From: Gemmata obscuriglobus
GTDB taxonomy: Bacteria > Planctomycetota > Planctomycetia > Gemmatales > Gemmataceae
Reading direction: 5' to 3'
Length of the DNA stretch: 32,000 nt
Assembly (NCBI RefSeq): GCF_008065095.1
Contig: NZ_CP042911.1
Location: forward strand, 1,770,001-1,802,000
The position numbers were made by a program, and so were the translations under genes. How positions within the stretch are numbered: position 1 is the first letter of the stretch; the number at the start of each line of letters is the position of its first letter. Below are positions 25,865-32,000 of the stretch, piece by piece. The notes beneath the pieces were generated by a model. It was given only the letters and a program-made list of their open reading frames with translations. It did no database searches and had not been told where the DNA came from.

Positions 25865-27352
25865 GTGGCGCTGCCCCTCGTGGCGATTGTCGGACGGCCG
25901 AACGTCGGCAAGTCGTCGCTGTTCAACTGGCTCGCCGGGCGGCGGATCAGCATCGTCGACCCCACCGCGGGCGTCACCCGCGACCGCGTGTCCACCGTCG
26001 TCGAGCACGGCGGGCGGGTGTGGGACCTCATGGACACGGGCGGGATCGGCATCGTCGACGTGGACGACCTCACCGCCGACGTGGAGCGGCAGATCCAGTT
26101 CGCGATCGAGTCCGCGGCGGTGGTGGTGTTCATGGTGGACGTCCGCGAGGGCGTCGTGCCCCTCGACGAGGACGTGGCGGCGCGGCTGCGGGCCATCAAC
26201 AAGCCCGTCGTCCTGGTCGCGAACAAGGCCGACACCGCGAAGCTGGGCGAGCAGGCCGGCGAGTTCAACCGGCTCGGCTACGGCGAGCCGCTGTGCGTGA
26301 GCGCCGACCAGAAGCTCGGCAAGGACGAGCTGTTCGAGGCGATCCTGGCGCAACTGCCGCCGGACACCGGCGAGGTCGCGCCCGAGGAGCCGGCGCTCAT
26401 GCTCGCCATCGTCGGCCGGCGCAACGCCGGGAAGAGCACCTTCATCAACAGCCTCGCGGGCGGCGAGCGGGTGATCGTGTCCGAGATCCCCGGCACCACC
26501 CGCGACAGCGTGGACGTGCGCATCGAGCGGGACGGCAAGTCGTACGTGGCGATCGACACCGCCGGCGTGCGCAAGACCGCGAAGATGGGCACCAACATCG
26601 AGTTCTACAGCAACCACCGCGCGCAGCGGTCGGTGCGCCGGGCCGACGTGGTGATGCACTTCTTCGACGCCCGGCACCGCGTGAGCCGCGTGGACAAGCA
26701 GCTCGCCGAGTACGTCGTCGAGGAGAACAAGCCGGCCATCTTCGTCGTGAACAAGTGGGACCTGGTGAAGGAGGGGATGACGACCGAGGAGATGGCCGAG
26801 TACATGCGGAAGATGTTCCCGATGCTCGACCACGTCCCGATCGCGTTCATCACGGCGAAGGACGGGAAGAACGTGCTGCGGGTGCTCCAGCTCGCGGTGC
26901 AGCTCCACAAGCAGGCGGCCGTCCGGGTCGGCACCGGCGACCTGAACCGCGTGATCCGCGCCGCGATGGAGGCCAGCCCGCCCCCGATGGCCGGCAGCAA
27001 GACGCCGAAGGTGTTCTACGCGACGCAGATCGGCATCAACCCGCCGACGATCGTGCTGTTCACCAACGGCCCGGAGCTGTTCGAGCAGACCTACGTGCGG
27101 TACCTCACCAAGACCCTGCGCGACACGTTCCCGTTCCCGGAGGTGGCGATCAAGGTGGTGCTGCGGGCGAAGGGGGAGGGCGGGCGCCGCTCCGCCGACG
27201 AGGAGCCGGTCGCCGAGATGAGCGACGCGGACGAGGAGGTGCCGATCGTCCGCGCGCCGCGGCCCGCCCCGGAGCCGGTCGCCGAGAGCGAACCGGAGCC
27301 GGCACCGCGCGCCCGGAAGAAGCCGCGCGGGTCCGAGACGTGGGACTTTTAG
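25865..27352 (+). CDS. der: Ribosome-biogenesis GTPase Der (EngA), two tandem GTPase domains + KH-like domain
   Basis: The GTG start gives VALPLVAIVGRPNVGKSSLFN (G1 of domain 1), followed by DTGG and NKAD. The second domain has IVGRRNAGKSTFIN, DTAG and NKWD. The C-terminal region reads PKVFYATQIGINPPTIVLFTN. An acidic/Pro-rich tail of ~55 aa follows. Confidence 0.92.
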   Translation: MALPLVAIVGRPNVGKSSLFNWLAGRRISIVDPTAGVTRDRVSTVVEHGGRVWDLMDTGGIGIVDVDDLTADVERQIQFAIESAAVVVFMVDVREGVVPLDEDVAARLRAINKPVVLVANKADTAKLGEQAGEFNRLGYGEPLCVSADQKLGKDELFEAILAQLPPDTGEVAPEEPALMLAIVGRRNAGKSTFINSLAGGERVIVSEIPGTTRDSVDVRIERDGKSYVAIDTAGVRKTAKMGTNIEFYSNHRAQRSVRRADVVMHFFDARHRVSRVDKQLAEYVVEENKPAIFVVNKWDLVKEGMTTEEMAEYMRKMFPMLDHVPIAFITAKDGKNVLRVLQLAVQLHKQAAVRVGTGDLNRVIRAAMEASPPPMAGSKTPKVFYATQIGINPPTIVLFTNGPELFEQTYVRYLTKTLRDTFPFPEVAIKVVLRAKGEGGRRSADEEPVAEMSDADEEVPIVRAPRPAPEPVAESEPEPAPRARKKPRGSETWDF

Positions 27353-27401
27353 GCGCGTAAACCGGTCGGTTGTGTCTGCGTCTTGTGGCCCGGCTGTGCC
27401 G

Positions 27402-27432
27402 GTCGGTGCGACGCTTCGTGCCCCGCACCGAC
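27402..27432 (+). terminator. 9-bp hairpin 50 nt downstream of der
   Basis: GTCGGTGCG-(13 nt)-CGCACCGAC, with no U-tract. Confidence 0.3.
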
Positions 27433-27456
27433 AGTCGCGTCCGGGCCATAAAGGCA

Positions 27457-27487
27457 ACGGCTAAACAGGTTTCAACAGTTCGGATCG
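27457..27487 (+). repeat. Decayed third copy of the heptamer-array module
   Basis: AACGGCTAAACAGGTTTCAACAGTTCGGATCG aligns with copy B (GACGGGATTAACAGGATTCAACAGGATCG) at about 20 of 27 positions with one gap. The T-run and TTGAC are not conserved here. Confidence 0.45.
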
Positions 27488-27824
27488 TGTATCGAATCGC
27501 CTTTATGCTGCTCGCCACGGACCACCGTTTGTGGAGCGAGCGGGCCGCACTTCAGACCGAAACCACGCCCCCCTTTTCGGTCAACCTGCCGTAGCCCCCG
27601 ACTGCTCTGGTCCGTTCGGGCCGGGCTTGCAATAATGGTGCCCCGGTTCCGCACGACCGAGCGGCTGTCGCGACAGTGGTGTTGTCGAGGCACTCGATTT
27701 CGCGCATTACGCCGTGCCCCGTGCCGCAACGAGAGCCCGTAACCGCGAAGGGGCGGCCGTGACTCGCCGACGGCATTGACCGAGATCAAGAGGCCCGGAG
27801 GTCCGCACCTCGGGCGGGAAGGCG

Positions 27825-27992
27825 GTGGCCGCGGATGCGGTCGCCAAGGCGCAGACCCGGGGCGAGGTGGTTTCTACGTCCGCCGACGGCAAGGCGGTCG
27901 ATCGGGCGCGCCTCGGTCCGCTCCAAGAGGACGCACTGGTGCTGGTGTCGCCCGCTCCGGCGCTCCCGGGTGACGCGCCCGGCGGTCGGTGA
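27825..27992 (+). CDS. Possible short ORF (55 aa) or remnant of a longer gene
   Basis: It is not in the ORF track because it is shorter than 60 aa. The frame opens after a TGA at 27777, and its first start codon is GTG 27825. The translation is VAADAVAKAQTRGEVVSTSADGKAVDRARLGPLQEDALVLVSPAPALPGDAPGGR, with coding-like GC3, and a terminator-like hairpin follows it. Confidence 0.3.
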   Translation: MAADAVAKAQTRGEVVSTSADGKAVDRARLGPLQEDALVLVSPAPALPGDAPGGR

Positions 27993-27998
27993 CGATGC

Positions 27999-28041
27999 GT
28001 CCGTCCGGCTAATGGACTGTGGCCGGACGGGCACTCGTTTT
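27999..28041 (+). terminator. Terminator- or attenuator-like hairpin immediately upstream of the PEP-CTERM gene
   Basis: CCGTCCGGC (28001-28009) pairs with GCCGGACGG (28022-28030) around a 12-nt loop. The stem can be extended by a G.U and a G-C pair. A TTTT run at 28038-28041 lies 7 nt after the stem. Confidence 0.4.
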
Positions 28042-28077
28042 GCTCCCTGAGTTACGCACACACGGAGGTCGTCGTTG

Positions 28078-29223
28078 ATGCGGTTATTCTCTCCACGATT
28101 TTACCTGCTCGCCGCGCCCCTTGTGATTGCTCCGGCCGGTGCCGCCGAACCTCCCCGGCCCGCCACCCAAGAGCCGGCCTTCGACGTCCTGTACACGCGG
28201 CTCGAGCCGCGGGAAGCGTTCCGGTACAAGCTGAGCGGCGAGGCGGGCGAGTGTTCCGCCGGGGTGTTCCGCTGGGAGGTGCCCCGGACCGAGTTCGGCA
28301 CCAACGGGCTCGACCGCACCTTCACCGGGTACTGCGCCCAGGTGCGGGTGCCCGTCGTCGCGGGTGAGACGTACCGGTTCCGCCCCAACAACTTGTACGA
28401 CCCCGCGAACTACAACCTTGCGGGCGCCCCGAAGGACCGGCTCGACGCGGCCACGAACCGCCGGGGCCGGCTCGTCGGTGAACTGTTCGCCCGCCACTTT
28501 CGTGACCCGGTTCGGAAGCCCACGGACCGGACCGACGCGGTCGCGTTCCAGGTGGCCCTGTGGGAGGTCGTCCACGAGGCCGAACCGGTCGAAGGGAACG
28601 TGGCGCTGGACCTGTTCGCGGGAGAATTCCGGGCGGACTACCCCAAAAACGAGGCGCCGCAGTACGTCGCGCGGGCGCAGGAGTACCTCGGCACTCTGAC
28701 CGGGACCGAAGAGGCCCTTGCGACCGAGAACGCGGACCTCACCGGGCGCGAGCTGATCCGGTTGCAGGGGGTCGAGAACGCCAAGGGCGTCGTGGCGCAG
28801 GCGCAGTTCGCGTTGCGGTACGCCGGCGGCGGAACGGGCGGCGCCGGGACGTTCGCCCGCGCGCTGACCGCCGGCGGTGGCGGCGGCGGTCCCGGGATCG
28901 TGCCGCTGGGCGGCGGACCCGGCGGCTCCGGCGGGGGCGGCGGGTTGGGTATTGGTGGCACCGGCGGTGGCGGCGGGCCGAACGACCCGAACCAACCGCC
29001 GCCCTCGTCGCCGCCGCCCGTGTCCCCACCGCCGCCGGGCGGCGGGGACGTGCCCCCGCCGAGCGACCCGCCCCCGCCGGACGTCGAAGTCCCACCGGGC
29101 GGCGGACCGAACGACCCCGTCCCGGTTCCCGCCCCGGCCGGGCTCGCGCTCGGTGCGGTCGCGCTGGTCGTGCTCGGCGTCTGGCGGCGCGACCGACTGT
29201 TCAGCCGACGGGCGCCCGAATAA
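28078..29223 (+). CDS. PEP-CTERM-anchored surface protein with thioester-domain-like (Y-C ... Q-x-A-L-W) N-terminal domain
   Basis: I prefer ATG 28078 over the TTG at 28075; a GGAGG lies 9-10 nt upstream of it. The protein has a signal peptide (MRLFSPRFYLLAAPLVIAPAGAA) and a globular ~220-aa domain containing TFTGYCAQVRVP and DAVAFQVALWEVV. A Gly-rich then Pro-rich linker follows. The C-terminus PVPAPAGLALGAVALVVLGVWRRDR is a PEP-CTERM-type sorting signal. Confidence 0.8.
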   Translation: MRLFSPRFYLLAAPLVIAPAGAAEPPRPATQEPAFDVLYTRLEPREAFRYKLSGEAGECSAGVFRWEVPRTEFGTNGLDRTFTGYCAQVRVPVVAGETYRFRPNNLYDPANYNLAGAPKDRLDAATNRRGRLVGELFARHFRDPVRKPTDRTDAVAFQVALWEVVHEAEPVEGNVALDLFAGEFRADYPKNEAPQYVARAQEYLGTLTGTEEALATENADLTGRELIRLQGVENAKGVVAQAQFALRYAGGGTGGAGTFARALTAGGGGGGPGIVPLGGGPGGSGGGGGLGIGGTGGGGGPNDPNQPPPSSPPPVSPPPPGGGDVPPPSDPPPPDVEVPPGGGPNDPVPVPAPAGLALGAVALVVLGVWRRDRLFSRRAPE

Positions 29224-29231
29224 TGACGGTT

Positions 29232-29375
29232 GATCTGGTGCCGTGTCCGGAGTGTGCCCCGCTCGCTTTGCGAGCGGTTACGAAACGGTGAGCGTTGCAA
29301 ACCTTGACCGCGATCTGATACTGGAAGCACCGCTCGCTCCGCGAGCGGACCACACTCCGGACACGGCACCGATCT
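29232..29375. mobile_element. MITE-like element: 134-bp core with 20-bp perfect terminal inverted repeats, flanked by 5-bp direct repeats (GATCT)
   Basis: The terminal inverted repeats are GGTGCCGTGTCCGGAGTGTG (29237-29256) and CACACTCCGGACACGGCACC (29351-29370). A nested hairpin lies next to each arm: CCGCTCGC-TTT-GCGAGCGG (29259-29277) and CCGCTCGC-TCC-GCGAGCGG (29330-29348). GATCT occurs at 29232-29236 and again at 29371-29375. There is no coding capacity. Confidence 0.6.
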
Positions 29376-29497
29376 TTAGCGGTTAGGCGTTCGGCAGGTG
29401 CAAAATTACCCGAGCTGGGGCGCAAAACGGTTTGAATAGCCAAAGTGTGGGTAAATCTTTACCTGCCGAATGCCTTACCGCGCGCCCCGGCCGCGGT

Positions 29498-30817
29498 TCA
29501 CTTCTCGATCTTCCGTACTGTTATGCCCCGGAACGCCACCGGGTCGTTGTGGCCCGCGAACCCGAAGTGCCCCTTCGTGCGGTCCTTCCCGGGGTGCGGG
29601 GTCTTGTCCTTGAACTCGGTCACCGTGCTCAGGTCCGCGTCGAGGATGCGGGTGCCGTTGAGTTCGACCGCCAGGGCCGGCCCCTTCGCCGTCACCTCCA
29701 TGAAGTTCCACTCGCCGACCGGGCGCAGGTACCCGCGCCGGGCGGCCACCATTCCGTAGGCCGAGCCGTTGTACTGCCGCGGGTCGAGCGCCGCGTACTT
29801 CGGCGCGGTGTCGTCGAGGATCTGTAACTCGCACATGGCCTGCGTCGCGACGTGGACGTTCCCGCCCGGGTACCGGAGCGCGAGGCCGTTGTTCCCGCCC
29901 GGCGGGAGCTTGTACTCCAGTCGCACCACGAAGTCCGCGAACTCGGGCTTCGCGTAAACGTTCCCGCCTTTCCCCTTTTTGCACACGATGGCGCCGTCGG
30001 CGACCTCGTAGTTGTCGAGCGCCCCGGCCCAGCCGTCGAAGTCCGTGCCGTTGAACAGCGGCTCGAAGCCCTTGGCGTCGTGCGTGCGGAGGACCTCGTT
30101 CGCCTCCGCGGCCGGGATCTCGCGCACGAACAGGTTGCGCCAGCGGATCTCGCCGCCGTGCGTTTGCAGCAGGACCTTGCCGGCCTTCGGGAGCGCGGCC
30201 TTGCGGTCCCAGTAGTTCTCCATGCGGGCGTGCTCGACCACCCGTTTCCCGTTCAGGTACACGGTGGTGCGCTCGCCCACCTGGACGATGCGGAACGAGT
30301 TCCACTCGCCGAACGGCTTGTCCGCGCGGGCGAGCGGGTCGCGCCCGGGCGCCCCCGGGGTGTTGTTGAACAGCCCACCGGAGCCGAGGTGCGGCTTGCG
30401 GGTCGGGCTCTTGGGGTCGAACGTTTGCCCGCTGTCCCAGATCTGCACCTGCGGCGTGTTCCGCAGGTAGATGCCGCTGTCGGCCCCCGCGACCGTCTTG
30501 TACTCCACCAGCAGCTCGATGTCGCCGTACTCCTTCTCGGTCGCCAGGTACGCGCCCTTGCCGTCGTTCACGAGTTCGCCGTTCGCGACGCTCCAGTGCT
30601 TCTTGGCGTCGGCGGTCCACTCATCGACCTTCTTCGCGCGCTCCTCGGGCGCGAGCTTCGCCACGTCCAGCGGGGAGCCCCCCTTGGCGTGGACGGCCCA
30701 GCCGTGCCAGCCGGACAGGTCCTTGCCGTTGAACAGTGGGGCGAAGCCCTTCGGGGCGTCGGCCGCCAGAAGGGGAAGGGCCGCGCCCAGCGCGGCGCAC
30801 GCGAGCAGGTAGTGCAT
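29498..30817 (-). CDS. Secreted protein with two tandem DUF1080 (3-keto-disaccharide hydrolase-like, jelly-roll) domains
   Basis: 439 aa with a signal peptide (MHYLLACAALGAALPLLAADA). Each half shows the DUF1080 pattern: F.PLFNG.DL.GW ... W.V.(N/D)G.(L/I)V ... (D/E)F.(L/V)..E(Y)K......NSG(I/L).LR ... EWN...I...G......LNG..V. Confidence 0.9.
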   Translation of the reverse strand: MHYLLACAALGAALPLLAADAPKGFAPLFNGKDLSGWHGWAVHAKGGSPLDVAKLAPEERAKKVDEWTADAKKHWSVANGELVNDGKGAYLATEKEYGDIELLVEYKTVAGADSGIYLRNTPQVQIWDSGQTFDPKSPTRKPHLGSGGLFNNTPGAPGRDPLARADKPFGEWNSFRIVQVGERTTVYLNGKRVVEHARMENYWDRKAALPKAGKVLLQTHGGEIRWRNLFVREIPAAEANEVLRTHDAKGFEPLFNGTDFDGWAGALDNYEVADGAIVCKKGKGGNVYAKPEFADFVVRLEYKLPPGGNNGLALRYPGGNVHVATQAMCELQILDDTAPKYAALDPRQYNGSAYGMVAARRGYLRPVGEWNFMEVTAKGPALAVELNGTRILDADLSTVTEFKDKTPHPGKDRTKGHFGFAGHNDPVAFRGITVRKIEK

Positions 30818-30851
30818 AACGAACCCGATGTGGTAGAAGGGGGCGGGCGGT

Positions 30852-31982
30852 TTACTTCTTCGGCGGGGCGGGCGGTGCGGGCGCGGGGCCGGTGAAATCG
30901 TACACGTAGGCGGTGCCGTTCGCGCCGGCCACGGCGAACCGGTCGCCCGCCGGGCTCAGCGCGAAGTCGCGGCAGTTGGTGGGAACGTTGATCGTGTGAA
31001 CGCCGGCTTCGTCCTTGCCCTTCCAGAACCAGACCCGCCCCTGGCCGCCGCCCCCCGCGGAGATGATCGCCCCGGACGGGTGGAACCCGACCCCCCATGC
31101 GGTGCCCTGGAACGCCTCTTTCGGGCGCAGCAGCGTCGGTGTGCCGGCCGCCCAGTGGATCAGCACCACGGCGGGGTTGCCCACGCCGGCGAACGCGTTG
31201 CTGACGTTGGTGATCCCGCACAGCGCGAACGCGGACCCGTCGGCCCGGAACGCGATCCCGCGGGCGCCGCCGATGTCCGCCATGAAGCCGGCGTCGTACT
31301 TGGCCAGCACCTTCGCGTCGAACTCGCGCTCGCACGTGCCGGTTTTAACGTCCCAGTCCTTCACCACGCCCTTCAGGTCGCACGACACGAGGCGCCGGCC
31401 GTTCGGGTGGAACGCGACGTTGTAGACGTGCGACGTGTGGCCTTCGAGGGTGCGGACCGGGGCGCCGTCGGCCGCCGCCCAGAGCTTCACCGCGTGGTCG
31501 TTCCCGCAGCTCGCGACGGTCGCCCCGTCGGGGCTGACGGCCACGGCCCGCGCCCAGCCGTCGTGCGCCGGCACGGTGCGGAGCGGCTTCGGGGCGTCGG
31601 CGGCGCCGTCCCACCAGATCAGGTTCCCGTGGTAGTCCGCCGAGATCAGTGTGAACGGAGCGGCCTTGGGCACCGGCGCCCGCACCGCGCCGAACCCGAT
31701 CGCTCCGTGAAGCGTGCCGGGGTTCGGTGCGGGCGCGCCGGGGGCCGACGCTGCGGCAACGAACGCGAGCCCGCGCACCCAGCTCGCGTGGCCGACGAAC
31801 GCGGTTTTCGCCCCGGTGAGCAGGTCGAACCGCTGGACCGTGTCGTCCTCGGCGGACGCGAACAGGAACCGGCCCGACGGGTCGAACCGGCACCCGACGA
31901 GCGGGCGCGGGTGCTTGAAGCTGTGGGCGATGCGCGCCGCCGTGGGGTCGAACGCGCGGCGCGGCGGGGGGACGTCGGACAT
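30852..31982 (-). CDS. WD40-repeat beta-propeller protein
   Basis: 376 aa with repeated WD-like units (GHASWVRGLAFV, AHDGWARAVAVSPDGATVASCGNDHAVKLW, GHTSHVYNVAFHPNGRRLVSCDLKGVVKDWD, ...). The ATG at 31982 lies 18 nt from the window end. Confidence 0.85.
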   Translation of the reverse strand: MSDVPPPRRAFDPTAARIAHSFKHPRPLVGCRFDPSGRFLFASAEDDTVQRFDLLTGAKTAFVGHASWVRGLAFVAAASAPGAPAPNPGTLHGAIGFGAVRAPVPKAAPFTLISADYHGNLIWWDGAADAPKPLRTVPAHDGWARAVAVSPDGATVASCGNDHAVKLWAAADGAPVRTLEGHTSHVYNVAFHPNGRRLVSCDLKGVVKDWDVKTGTCEREFDAKVLAKYDAGFMADIGGARGIAFRADGSAFALCGITNVSNAFAGVGNPAVVLIHWAAGTPTLLRPKEAFQGTAWGVGFHPSGAIISAGGGGQGRVWFWKGKDEAGVHTINVPTNCRDFALSPAGDRFAVAGANGTAYVYDFTGPAPAPPAPPKK

Positions 31983-32000
31983 GGCGGCGCTTCTTGGTTT

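Noticed and set aside
24884-27457. 857-aa minus-strand ORF.
   Set aside because: It is antisense to the SDR and der genes and crosses the AT-rich heptamer/leader region. It has low-complexity Arg/Gly/His/Asp composition and no recognisable motif.
27780-27995. Possible riboswitch or SRP-RNA-like element (GGGCGGGAAGGCGGTGGCC...GCCAAGGCGCAGACC) upstream of the surface-protein gene.
   Set aside because: The resemblance to the SRP domain IV GGAA/AAGGCAG motifs is superficial, and I found no B12-box or other riboswitch core. The stretch instead shows a clean coding-like triplet periodicity in one frame.
28084-29369. Minus-strand ORFs 28084..28995 and 28638..29369, plus-strand alternative frames 28560..29291 and 28877..29233.
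   Set aside because: They are antisense or shifted readings of the Gly/Pro-rich surface-protein gene and of the MITE-like palindrome, with low-complexity translations.
29475-30895. ORFs 29475..30620 (-, 381 aa) and 29852..30895 (+, 347 aa).
   Set aside because: They are alternative or antisense frames of the tandem DUF1080 gene. Only the 29498..30817 frame shows the repeated DUF1080 pattern and a signal peptide.

Overview
This is a high-GC bacterial chromosomal segment; third codon positions are almost all G/C in most genes. The gene content points to Planctomycetota, probably a Gemmata-like lineage (inference). It includes a PSCyt/DUF1549/DUF1553 + DUF1501 pair, a DUF1559 prepilin-like protein with an H-X9-DG motif, a TIGR03000-type domain, tandem DUF1080 domains and a PEP-CTERM tail.

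Layout:
- (i) 1-11.1 kb: a fucose-type polysaccharide/glycan locus. It holds a GT4, a WcaF-like acetyltransferase, a GT2, GDP-L-fucose synthase, a WcaI-like GT4, a convergent Wza-like exporter and lipoprotein, then a trypsin-like protease, a small membrane protein and a Wzy_C/O-antigen-ligase-TPR fusion.
- (ii) 11.3-15.6 kb: the PSCyt-DUF1553 / DUF1501 pair.
- (iii) 15.6-24.9 kb: a looser, lower-GC stretch with long non-coding gaps. Genes are a GT87-like membrane glycosyltransferase, a SAM methyltransferase, an M48 peptidase, a TIGR03000 protein, a DUF1559 protein and several small hypotheticals.
- (iv) 24.9-27.4 kb: an SDR oxidoreductase and the GTPase Der.
- (v) 28.1-32 kb: a PEP-CTERM protein with a thioester-domain-like Cys/Gln motif pair, a tandem DUF1080 protein and a WD40 protein.

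I saw no rRNA, tRNA, CRISPR array, transposase/integrase gene or recognisable defence or toxin module. I do not see a convincing new multi-gene system.

The most unusual content is mostly non-coding:
- a recurring T-run + TTGAC(A/G) + ACAGGAT-heptamer module (two clear copies and one decayed copy), always pointing at the downstream gene;
- a 135-bp element with perfect 40-bp inverted arms;
- a 134-bp MITE-like element with 20-bp perfect terminal inverted repeats and 5-bp flanking direct repeats;
- an 83-nt rod-like hairpin inside an 0.8-kb low-GC gap;
- one protein-level item, the candidate internal-thioester adhesin domain on a PEP-CTERM anchor.

Several very long ORFs in the track (1764 aa, 857 aa, 711 aa and others) are antisense or out-of-frame artefacts of the high GC content.
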